DNA from: Antedon mediterranea
Lineage: Eukaryota > Animalia > Echinodermata
NCBI RefSeq assembly: GCF_964355755.1
Contig: NC_092673.1
Span: 17,233,648-17,297,647, forward strand
DNA: 64,000 nucleotides
Direction of reading: 5' to 3'
The stretch's first letter is position 1; each line of letters starts with the position of its first letter. Positions 34,801-46,800 of this stretch are shown here, in pieces. The notes under the pieces are model-generated. The model worked only from the letters and a program-made list of their open reading frames with translations, did no database searches and was not told the origin of the DNA. The position numbers and the translations under genes are program-made.

Positions 34801-37800
34801 TCTCACCCTAAAAACATCAATTAGAAAACTAAACAACAATAAACTGGTTCAAAATGCAAACAGGAGCTATTTGTAGCCAACAACAAACACAACTTTTCTC
34901 AACAGTGCCTGTTGAAATGACGGATTTTCTACAAATTTTATAGGCTTATTATAATATCTGATTAGTGTATGTTCGTTTCTCCACCCAGCTGTTTTCATTA
35001 TTAAGTCAACCGGGACATTCCTTAATTTTGCTGATGAAGATGCAGCCGCTCGAACCGAATGGGCTTTAAATTTAGTTATATCTACTCCAGCTTCTGATAA
35101 ACCTGTCCTTATCCATCGAGCAATTGTGTCTTTTGATGCCTCGGCATACGGTTTCTTATGACATATAAAAAATCTGTCCTTATTTTCCCTTAAATTACTA
35201 GTTTTTTCCCTGTACTTTAGAATTGTTCTGACCGGACATAGGGTAGGGTCTTCACTTTTGTGGAAAACCACCAGTTGACCTGTATTGTTTGGTCTGCTAG
35301 TTTTTAGTAAATGTACAAATGTAAAAGGTGATTGCTTCATTCTCGATATTCTTATTTAAAAATTTGAAATTATATAAGGTTTGAAGCCTACTTGAGGACA
35401 ATGCTAATAACAATGCCACTTTTATGGTAAATTCTTTAAGCGATAATGTATAATTGTTCACCTTATTTTAGATAGTCTGTAACTAAGCGAACATCCCAAA
35501 TTTGTGCATATTTTGGAGTCGGTGGGTTAAAATTGAATAACCCTTTCATAAATCGTTTCAGTTTGATTGATTGATTGAATTTATTTGGTTCATACATAAA
35601 ATACATTATAAAATAGACGATAAATTCAAAAGACAACACCAGAAAAGTACTAAAAAACAGTTCTAGGTGTCAAACAATGGAAACAGAACAAAATGAACCA
35701 AGGATAATTAGATAAAGTTTCACATTTTTAGTGTAACTTATTTCCATCTAAGTCCTTATGTACATTTAACTGAGACAAATTGACATCTTTAAAAAAGTTA
35801 TTTAAACGAAAAAGTAAACGCAATTTCATAAGAAAGAAACAAAAAGAAACATTATGTAACATTCTTAAAATATTCATTGACTTTGTGTTTAAACAGCTTA
35901 GTAGAGGTTGTGGCCTTTATACAATCTGGAAGAGAATTCCAGTTTTTTATTCCGTTGTAATAGAAGCTGGTTTGTCCAACACCATTTAGGCGAGGGATTT
36001 GAAAGTTATGTTTTCGGGATCTGGTTTCATGTTTATGGGCGGTACTTAATTTGACAAAATATGGATACATATATGGGATGGATGTTCCGTAATATATTTT
36101 ATGTACATGTACAAGTTGTAACAATTTTACTCTGTTTGTTACATTCAAATAACCAACAACATTTAGTTCATATTCACCAACGTGTGATCAATTGCCTCTT
36201 CCTAAAATAAACCTTACAGCTTTATTTTGTGCTGTTTGTAATTTAATTTTAAGGTCCTTAGTATGTCCATCAAACCATGAGGTGGATCCGTAATCGTGGT
36301 GACTTTGAATGAGAGCGTTACAGAGAATTTTTGTAGTCTGATTATTTAAGCATTATATATTACGGTAAAGAAATTAGATTAATTAACAACCTAGAGTTGA
36401 TTTTTTTAATTGTACTTTGCGCCATTGATGTACCACTTAAGTTATTCAATAGACTCCTTCATGTTTATATCTAAGATTTCGAGAAAGTTTACAATTTCGA
36501 TTTTCGCCGTACTGATAGTACTATAGCCTAAGACCTCGTCCTTCAGCTTTATCAGGAAATCGAGGATGTGACCGGTTTTTAGCTGTTGCCATGTGATTCC
36601 CCTGATTTCACAAAAGTCTATAAATTTTGTTAACTGTGAGTTATATTTCTTCCACGTTGACCGTCTCCAGGATTGCAGAATGACGTCTGCTGCAGTATTG
36701 CTTATTCCTTTGTTGTAGCGTTCCGCCCTGATAGCCTGCAGGCAAAAAGGTTAAGTCTGTTATAAAGGGGATGACAATCATCTGAACCATGTAATGTTAA
36801 GGCATGTTTGGTATTCTTAAACCTCAGTGGTTCCCCAACCATCATTGATTGTAATTTAGGATACCAATACTGTGTTGGCCAGTTTGGGACCACCATGATA
36901 ACTATGGCATTATCTGTCAATATTTTTTGCAAACATCTGCCTATAAGGCAGAATGGCGGAAAAGCATAGAGCTTGGCAAAGGACCAATTTGTAGAAATGC
37001 ATCGATACCAATTGAATCTGGGTCCGGTTTCCATGATGTATATTTCGGGAGCTGTGCATTGTGCATTGTGCCTAGAAGCGAATAGGTCTATATCCAGTTC
37101 GCCGAATGTTTTAGTGATTTTTATAAACAATTCTTTGTTAAGCATCCATTCTGTCTCATCTTTAAACTGACGAGACTTTGCGTCAGCTATTATATTATCT
37201 CTACCTGGGAGGTATTCTGCACTTATCCAAAATTTGTTCTCAATGCACCAAGACCAGATGGCTTTTGACATTTTATTGCACGCAATTGATTTTGCGCCAA
37301 CCATGTTGTTTATGTAAGCTACTGCCGTGGTATTATCAACCTTCAACCTTATGTGCTTAGCTTTTCTCTTACAGGACAATGCTTTAAGGCCGAAGAAAGC
37401 AGCCAGCAATTCTAAGTGATTAATATTTATTGCCCCTGTAGCATATGCAATGTCTAGGTCTTTGTTTATCCACCTTCCGCCAGTGTGGGTATGTCCATCA
37501 GTGGCACCCCAACCTAGACCACTAGCGTCTGTCTCAATTGTTAGGTCGGGGTACCCATGATATATCAATTTATATGCGTCTTTGACATTATTTTGCCACC
37601 AAAGAATATCTTCCTGTCCATTGACGGAAATACTAATAGGCCTATCGTAATGACCTTTATTTAGTTTAAGAGCTAGTATTTTCTCCTTCTCTAGTGCCCT
37701 ATAATGAAGCTTTCCATACTCTACAGCAGGTAGTGTTGCTATAATTTTGCCTAAAAATTGCGCAACTTTCCTAATGGTAGTATGATTTAATAAGTATGTG

Positions 37801-40800
37801 TTTACTTTGAACTTTAATTTCCTCCTTCTTGTGATATGGAAGGGAAACCGTCATACTTATAGAATTTATTTCAAATCCCAAGAAGGTTATGATCTGCGTA
37901 GGATTCATTACTGATTTTTCTCTATTAATGATAAAACCCAATGGAAGGCTAGAAGTTCACTAGTTTCCCTGGCGGTACCACCGGCCAAGTCTTCTGACTG
38001 GTTTATACACAAAATGTCATCAATGTAAACCAACAGAATATGTCCTCTGCTGCGCAAAAACGCAGTTGAAGGCTTTAATAATTTTGTGAAAAGGCCCTGA
38101 GCTAAGCCCATTGGGCAATGCGACAAACTTATACAGGTTGTCTTTCCAAACAAATTTTAAATATTTATTGTCCGACTCTGCTATGGGTACAGTAAAATAT
38201 GCATCTTTGAGGTCGACTAACATCATATATACACCTGGTGAAATTAGTGTCAATGCATTTCCAAACATTTCCATTTTGAAATGTTTGTATCCATGTCACA
38301 TATTCATTTAATTTAGAGAGGTCTAATATCATTCTGGACCCTCCATCTTTTTTTGGCCTTGTAAAAATATTTGATACAAACTGGTCATGTCATGTTAAAA
38401 CATGGCTGGTTTGACCACCCCTTTTGATATCAATTTTACTATTTGATCATCAATAGCCTCCATATCCATGTTGCTGAGTTTGTATGGATGAGGTATTTTT
38501 CCTTTTAGGTGGTAGGGTATGGCTTTATCAAACTCTAGATCGACTATTTTTTATTTTCATTACATCTAACCAAACACGTAAAAAATTAGGTTAAATATCT
38601 TCTCATCTTGCACGTACGGCCATACGCGCTAGATTGTTTACTCAAAAGTCTTTGACCTTATCCTATTCAACCTTGTTTTTGCAGTTGACCTGGGATTTGT
38701 ATGTCTTCCTACGCTAAGATTATATAGTTCCACATGCTATGTGCTTTTTTCTCTAAGATATATTATTATAAGTGCCAAAAACCCGTTTTTTTCTCGATAT
38801 GAGGCCTTTATTATTCAATTTTTTTAAAGAAAAAGCACACATACCATAAAAAATATCCATGTATTTAATTTTTGGAATATAATATTCCGTGAGGCTCAAC
38901 TACAAAACCACCATTGTGTGATATGATGTCATCGTTAGCCAATCAAAGCTGAGCTTTCCCGTGATTATCGGCATTGGTCACGGTTGAATGATTTTGGATT
39001 CTGGCTGATTTGATTTGATTGGTGGATGCGAATCACCCGCAGCGGAAAAAACAAAAACAAAACCCGGAGGAAGGGGGCCTTTGACCTTACTATTACTATT
39101 ATTAATGGCTGGCCGCTCAGGATTTTCATCCTTCTTGGATAGTTGTGTACCTGATACTTCCCCCTCCTCCAGGTCAGACACAACATGTTCGTACTGATGA
39201 TGCCTATCGTAAATGTTACTCGTGAGGCTAACCACCGAGCTACTGTCATCATATTCATTGTGACAACATTTGTGTCATCAACTGAGATAAAAGGTTGTGC
39301 GTTGACTCATTTATTTGTTAAGCAGCCTTCGTCTCTTCAACCGCTCAAGGTTTTCAACCCTAGCCTCATAGTTTAGGCCTACTCCGACCTGTTGATTAAG
39401 CTGCAGCACGTTAGTACATGATGGCCCGGCGATAGCAAAAGCATCGCTATTGCTATGCGTATTACCTTCTTTAGGAGGCCTAGTAATAGTACAGCTAGAC
39501 CCAGCCTTTCTGGCCTTTTTTGGTGGGCTTAGCCACCGTATGCTGTACAAGTGAAGTTATAGCTGCAAATGTTACATTTCCAGCAGAAATCTCCAGCACA
39601 TCTTCGTGTATTGCAAGTGATTTTTGTTTCATGATCGTTCGGGTGCACGCCGTCTCCAAACGATGGCGCCGATATGAGGGTGCACGTGCGCATCAGGATC
39701 TCAGTTTGCAGCGATCGTATATGAAATAAAATAATGATATAGGCCTAGGCCTACATTCAAAAATTTATAAATTTTATAAAATTCATATTAATTTCTCATT
39801 TTTTGAGGATTCTTCCCACATTTTTTTATGTTTTTTACTTGCTGTATCCCAACACTTGCATGTTTTGTTCATAAATAAAATTAACAGTTGACAGAATATA
39901 AAGTGGATGTGTAAACAATACGCACCTCGTGAAAAGTGCAGGTAATTGTTTATTTGTTGAGTTTGTACGTTACATCCTTATAGTGTCGCAATACTGGAGA
40001 CCATTAACTGATATACGTAGATTTTAAAAGTGGAATCCATGGGCTTTGATCAGTAAAAACACATACGAAGATGAACCAGCTGAAGTAGTCGAAATGTGCA
40101 GCTCATCCAACATGAAAATGACATTGTTAATGATACCTTAATAACAATACATTGCCCATGTATTTTGGTCACTGCACCGCTTTTGCACAATTCAAAGTTA
40201 CGAAAAGAATTCCTTGCTCAAATTGTAAATAATATTGCTGTGTTTTTTAATGAAGTTAAACAGCCTAAATAAATTGCACAAGAAAATCTGTTACACAACA
40301 TAATGAGGAACATACATGAAATCCCTATAATCGCACAGCCAACCACTTTACTTTCCAAACATGGTAAATGCTCCTCAACAAGAGGAGTTGTGTGTGATTT
40401 GTATGCTAGTCCTGGGTGGGCTATTACACCATTGGAGACCTTAAAATCTAAAACATTGGCATTTCTACTATACTAGTGGTACAGTACAGTAACTCACTGC
40501 CAGTTAGTAATCTACAGTAAGTTCTGCGTTTGTATCGTGAAACATTTGAAGTGCCACAGGGTGGTTTGAGGGACTGAAAATATTGGAATCAGTAATTTAA
40601 ACCAGGCCGTTTTATTGGGTGTTTATATTAGTTACAAGTATATTACATTCCAGTTGATGAAGTAATTGGTGTTAATGTACTAAATAACTAGATATCAATA
40701 TCAATCAATATGTTATTACAAAATAGAACAAAAAAAGTAATTACAAGCATTTTTAAATAAATCAGTCTAACTTTAGGCATAATACTGTGCATGCATCAAG

Positions 40801-43800
40801 TACTTTAGTACACTTTGGACATTAACAATTTAATAATTATCATCGTCAAATTGACTTTCCACAATATTTTGTCAATTTTTAATATTCTTTTTTTCTCTAA
40901 GTTCATGTCAAGCAATTTCTGTAACTATTTCATACACATCTGTCTAATGAGTGTTCTTTTTTAATTACTTATCCTAATTTAGTAAATGTTAACTTCAGAT
41001 ATTTGGGTAGTGTAGGTTCTAGAATTATCTAATTACTTAATGTTAGTAAAAAGATAACTGGTATAGTAGATCGGAATGCCCGATAATTATAAAATGTATA
41101 CACACTAGCTTCTATTATGTTGACTCACGCAAAGGCAGCAATCGTCAGGTTTTTATTCAATCAATGACAATCAGTAATTTGCATACATATTTACATGTGT
41201 GACTAATCACTACAATTGCCACAGTGGCGTTTCATACATAAAAGCACAAAATCAAAACGCTGACTGGTGGACTAACATAAAAAAAAAGAGAATAACAACA
41301 GACTTGGGGAAAGTCTAATATTTGGGCAACTAATCTTTGTATTGATATGTTGTGATAAAATGGTATTAGTATAAAAATATTCAAAGTTCATCCTATTTAT
41401 TATCACTTTGGTGTGTACAATATTGACTGATTGACTATTGACAAAGTTTATTATCACTGTGCGTAAATATAACCAAAAAAATGTAATTGTACCGAACAGT
41501 AATAAACTGCTGTGTTCTAGTAATACTATCTTTGTTGAACATTAGAATATCTCATATTTCACAGAGCAATGTAGGCCTAAAGACAGAAATAAATAAATAA
41601 GTATTCGTTAAAAAACAAAGTATCTCTTTATTATATGTTGAAGATTCACACTGAAGACATTAGTAATACACTTTTTTTTATAAGAAAGCACATTTATCAA
41701 ATATAATCAGAATGGATGATAAACTGCTGCTGTGTATTGACAAGTTTACTGTATTCATTATCACTGTGCAAATATAATATCTCATCAGAATTAATGCGTC
41801 ATATCATTAGCATCACTTCCTAATATCATAATCACTATTATAATTATATATACCAAAATAGAGATTGTAGTGTTGTACAATGAAATCTGTGGTGTTTAAT
41901 TGGAATAATTAGTCATTGCATTATCTTTATTATCATTGTTGAACATTGAAATACAATGCTTAAATTAAATCTCTAAGATTATCTAATAACAAATTGTGTA
42001 GCAGGAACTCAATAGATAATAATTATATAAATTTAAAAGTTAATTTTCTGTATAAATGCACTTATATTGAACTTGTTATAATTATCAACATAATCGGTTA
42101 CTTTTAACTAATTGGATTCATTAATCATTGCATTATCTTTGTTGAACATTGAAACACAATATTAAATCTCTAGTTAAGATTTTTGATAACAAATTGTGTA
42201 GTAGCAGAAACTCAATAAATAGATTACCGGGGCGTTTATTCAGGGGAGGCATTTATTTTTTTTGGATGTAATTTTTGGTAATGTGTATAATCAAATAAAT
42301 ACCCCAGATATGAAAAAATACAATATAATTTATATAAAAAACTGAACTACACTAAAAATTGTATCAAAATGCTTGGTAAATTGTAGATCATGTCAATCAA
42401 TGAATTCTACTACAAATAGAAATGTGTTGTAGAACAACAATGCATGCAGCGGGGCGTTTATTCAAGAAAATAAATACCATATGGCATTTATTCAAGATGA
42501 TGTTCTATTAATGTTTATTTAAAGCATGGCATATATTGGAATAAATAAATTAGTTAGTTTTCTGTATAAATGCACTTATATTGAACTTGTTATAAATGGT
42601 CACATCAGTGTCACATTATCAATTTCATATCTCATACATTTTTACTAATTGGATTCATTAGTCATTGCATTATCTTTATTATCTTTGTTGAACATTGAAA
42701 TACAATGCTTAAATTAAATCTCTAAGATTATCTGATAACAAATTGTGTAACAGAAACTAAAAATAATTAGTCTATATCGTGCCTAGCTTACCTGGATAAA
42801 CCAACATAAGCCTCTCTCTCCGACAAGAGGTAAACATTACGAAAAGAAGAACATTATTAACATTAATTTTTCCCCACCCCCGTCGGATAATGGATCAGTC
42901 CGCCACCAGTACGCCCTCAAGTGAGACACACCCACTTATCATCGTCATCATTTCTTTTCGTAACGTCGTTGTGTACGTACGTCTTTTTCTGAACACATTC
43001 CTGGAATTCCTGAGGAATTTGCGATAAAGACTTTTATACTGTAGACTGGAAGAGAAGAATAGAGCAAGAAAACGAAGCTAAGTGTAGTAGATCGTTATCT
43101 TGTGGTTGGATACGTTTAGAATCGTTACCCTTGGCTAGTTGCCAGGAGTTAAAATTTAGCGTTGTAAGCCGTTATCCAGTGTGTTTCACCTGGATAGAAA
43201 TACTGGAAGATCTTTTGTTGTTCGTTAGGCTAGTGGGTAGAAGTAGGTCTGTTAGATCACCATGCCTAAGCAGGAGTGTGTTAAATGTAGGGGTCCCCGC
43301 TCTACCGTGAAGTGGGACCGCCACTTGGAGTGCATACATTGCCGCACGTGTACCGAGTTGTCGCCGTGCGATGTTTGTGTCCGCTGGACACCGTCCAAGT
43401 TCAAATCGCTCCCTAAGCCTAAGGAGCGCACGGAAGCTGTACCACCTCCGGAGGTGGGTACCGCCGATACGGCAGGCCCTCCTGCCGTCGCGCCGGAAGT
43501 TAGCCTTCCAGATATGCCTGCACCGGCTGCGGCCTCTGCGGTTCCGGGGGTGAATGAGATTTCTCCGGGGTTACTGCAAGCCATTGTTGCAGCTGTGAGA
43601 GCTCTGCCGAGGGATGAGCCTGAGGTACCCTCTCAGATTAGACCTCCTCCCCATATTCCATACATTGATGTTGGCCCACAGCAGACCTCGTTTTTCGATG
43701 GTTCGTCCGTCCGGCAAAGGGATTACGATAGTGACAGGACGATGGCCTCGCTCTCTGACGATGATAGAGATAGCTTACGAGAGCAGGCCGGGCCAGGGGA

Positions 43801-46800
43801 GGAAGGTCTGCAGGCGCTAGTTATGCGGACGGTCCCCGCGGTGCTGTCCTTTCTCGGCGTCGATTTCACGTATCGCGAGCCTAAGCATACTCCTTCGTCT
43901 AAGCGGTTTTCCACTTTTGGCGTACGCACGCCCTTTAAGAAGGTATCTTCGTGCCCGGTTACGCCTCTCGATCCAGAACTTGTGGAACGTGTGGAGCTGA
44001 TCGCTAAAGAGTCCAAGATTCGTAGGCCTATGCCTTATAGCCTGTCATCGGCTTTTCCGGTGCCGCAGAAACAATTCGAACTGTACATCGCGGCGCCGAG
44101 CGTCCCGGAGGCAGCGAAGGAACGGGTCCGTGAGGACCAGAACCTGGACCCGTCCAGGACTAATTTTTTGAAGCCTTCGGAATCCCGGACAGAGGACGTC
44201 CTTACGTCCGTCGACAGGGCCGCACGCGAGACGCTTAGAGCCGCCTCTATGGCCGGGTACTTGCTATCTTTTCTGGCTGATCCAGAACATCCGCCCCAGG
44301 GCGATTCGGACGTGATAGCTCTACTACAGCAGATCATGGGCCTGGTTGTTGATCAACAGGCAACGATCTCATTATCTGCGGCCGCGGCCCGTCGCGTTAA
44401 CGTCTTGGGTGCAACTGACATCGCACCGACCGATTTCCGTAGGTTTACTACGTCTGACTCCTTCGGGGCGCAGGACTTGTTCTTTGGCTCCTTCTCACAG
44501 AAGGAGGATAAATGGGCTCGTGAGAGGGAAGCTCGTCGGGAGACAAGAGCGCGCTTCCCGCAGAAACGCCGAGCTAGCAATTCACGCTCAAGGACAGCCG
44601 CACGACCGCCGCCTGTCCCTGCTGCTCCTCAGCAGATGCAGCCTCCCCCGCCGCCACCGGCTCAGCCTATGCAAAGTCAGGCTTCTACATCAAGACAGGC
44701 TTCACACCCCCCTCGCGGAATGCGAAATAGGGGTGCCAAAGGCGCCACCAACAGGAGTGGTCGCCGGTATTATAATGTGAAGCGCCGGTGACGGCCCGGG
44801 GACGCCCGTCCCTCCAAGCGAGGGCGGGCAGGTGGGGGGTCGCTTGAAACGGTTTTCACGGGTTTGGGAGACCCTGACCACAGACAGATGGGTTCTCTCC
44901 ACCGTGACACACGGGTATCGTATCGAATTCTCGAGCCCTCCGGTGAGCGGAGGTGCCCGGCACACGAGGATTCCGTCAGAGCCGGAAAAGAGTCAAGCGC
45001 TCATGACGGGCCTCGAAGCACTACTCCAGAAAGGAGCTGTGGTGCATGTTCGAAAGGAACAACTTACGATCCCGGGACACGAGTCCACCGTTTTCCTCGC
45101 CCAGAAAAAATCGGGCGATTGGCGACCCATCCTAAACCTCAAAAGTCTGAACAAGCGGTACATCCGGCCCCGCAGGTTCAGGATGGAGACTGTCTCATCT
45201 ATCCTGTTGGGGCTAAGACGAGGGGACTGGGCAGCCACAATAGACTTGAAAGACGCGTACTTTCACGTGCCTATTGCGCAAGAACACCAGAGTTGGCTGC
45301 GCTTCCGCATTCACGATCAGGTATACCAATTCGTAGCTCTGCCGTTCGGCCTCTCAACGGCCCCACGAGTGTTTACTCGTCTAGTGAGAACCCTGGCGGC
45401 GTTCTTTCATCAACACGGCATCAGAGTGTTCATGTACTTAGACGATTGGTTGATCGTGGCCCAGTCCAGGGACCAGCTGCTGAGCAGCTTATCTTTTGTC
45501 CGCCTCGTGACGGAACAAGCAGGGTTCATAATAAACGAGGAGAAGTCATGTCTTCTCCCTTCTCAGAACCCTCTGTATCTCGGAGCCCAAATAAATTTGG
45601 TTACGGGCCGTGCGTGCCCATCCATCGAGCGTGTGGCCAAGGCAAGAACTGCAGTGCTACATCTTATCAATGCTCAGGCTCCGACGGCGTACGACTGGCT
45701 ACGCACCTTGGGGTCACTGGCCAGCTTCGTCGCCCTCGTTCCGTTCTGCCGGTTAAGGATGCGGCCTCTACATCTGCACCTTCTGGCAGCATACCGCCCA
45801 AGATCAGACTCTCTACACAAAGTGGTTCCAACGAATGCGTTCATTATCTCGCATCTCGAATGGTGGCTCGTGGAAGACAGGTTACTTGTGGGCACACCTA
45901 TACAAAGGTCAATTCCGGATGTCCGTGTGGAAACGGACGCATCCGAAGTAGGCTGGGGCGGTCACATACCGTCTCCGGACATTCGCGTCTCCGGCCTCTG
46001 GTCGCCCGAGGAGACGCGCGCCCACATCAACCTGCTCGAACTTTGGGCAGTCGAGCGCTCATTGGAGGCTCTTCTTCCCCATCTGGCAAATCGCCATGTT
46101 CTCGTCAATTCCGACAACACAACCGTCGTGGCATACATAAACAGGCAAGGGGGTACACGGTCCCCCACGCTATGTTGCCACACGTGGACGTTGCTAATGT
46201 GGTGTATAAGACACAACATCCAACTGTCAGCGGCCCACATTGCGGGTCGTCTGAACATAGTGGCGGACGCACTGTCCCGTCCACTTCTACGTCCTACGGA
46301 ATGGCGTCTTCTTCCAATAATCGCCACCCAGATCTTCAACCACTTTGGGCGGCCCCATGTAGATCTGTTTGCGACGTCAGGCAACACGCAGCTCCCGACG
46401 TTCTGCAGTCGATATCGGGATGCACATGCGTGGGCGGTGGATGCCCTGTCCATACCATGGGACAACCTTTGGGCATATGCCTTTCCACCGATTTCAATAC
46501 TGCCACTGGTCCTGACGCACATTCAGCGCCATCAATGCCGAGTCCTACTAATAGCGCCGTATTGGCCCAGGCAGCCGTGGTTTCCACTGCTTCTGGGCCT
46601 TCTGTACGATCAGCCGTTACGTCTTCCGATTCGGAACGACTTGCTGACGCAGGGCCGAGCTCGGTTTGCTCTACCGAACCTCATATCCCTCGACCTGACT
46701 GTATGGCCATTGTCAGGGATCGTTTCAGAGACTCAGGCATTCCAGATGGTCCGGCCGCCCTCGCGGCGAAATCCCGACGGGAATCCACTCTTGCTGTCTA

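Larger units (their letters stand above)
27323..39732 (-). mobile_element. Old degenerate DIRS-type tyrosine-recombinase retrotransposon, interrupted by nested insertions
   Basis: ITRs at ~27395-27430 and 39672-39710. The ICR at 34502-34612 is complementary to both joined termini. Remnant RT (VDLKDAYFTVPI, VYIDD), RNaseH/MT (TDASGLGWG, DLFAS, YAFPPF; 36702-37568) and YR (HSVR, AGW, RYY; 34867-35340). Confidence 0.9.
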
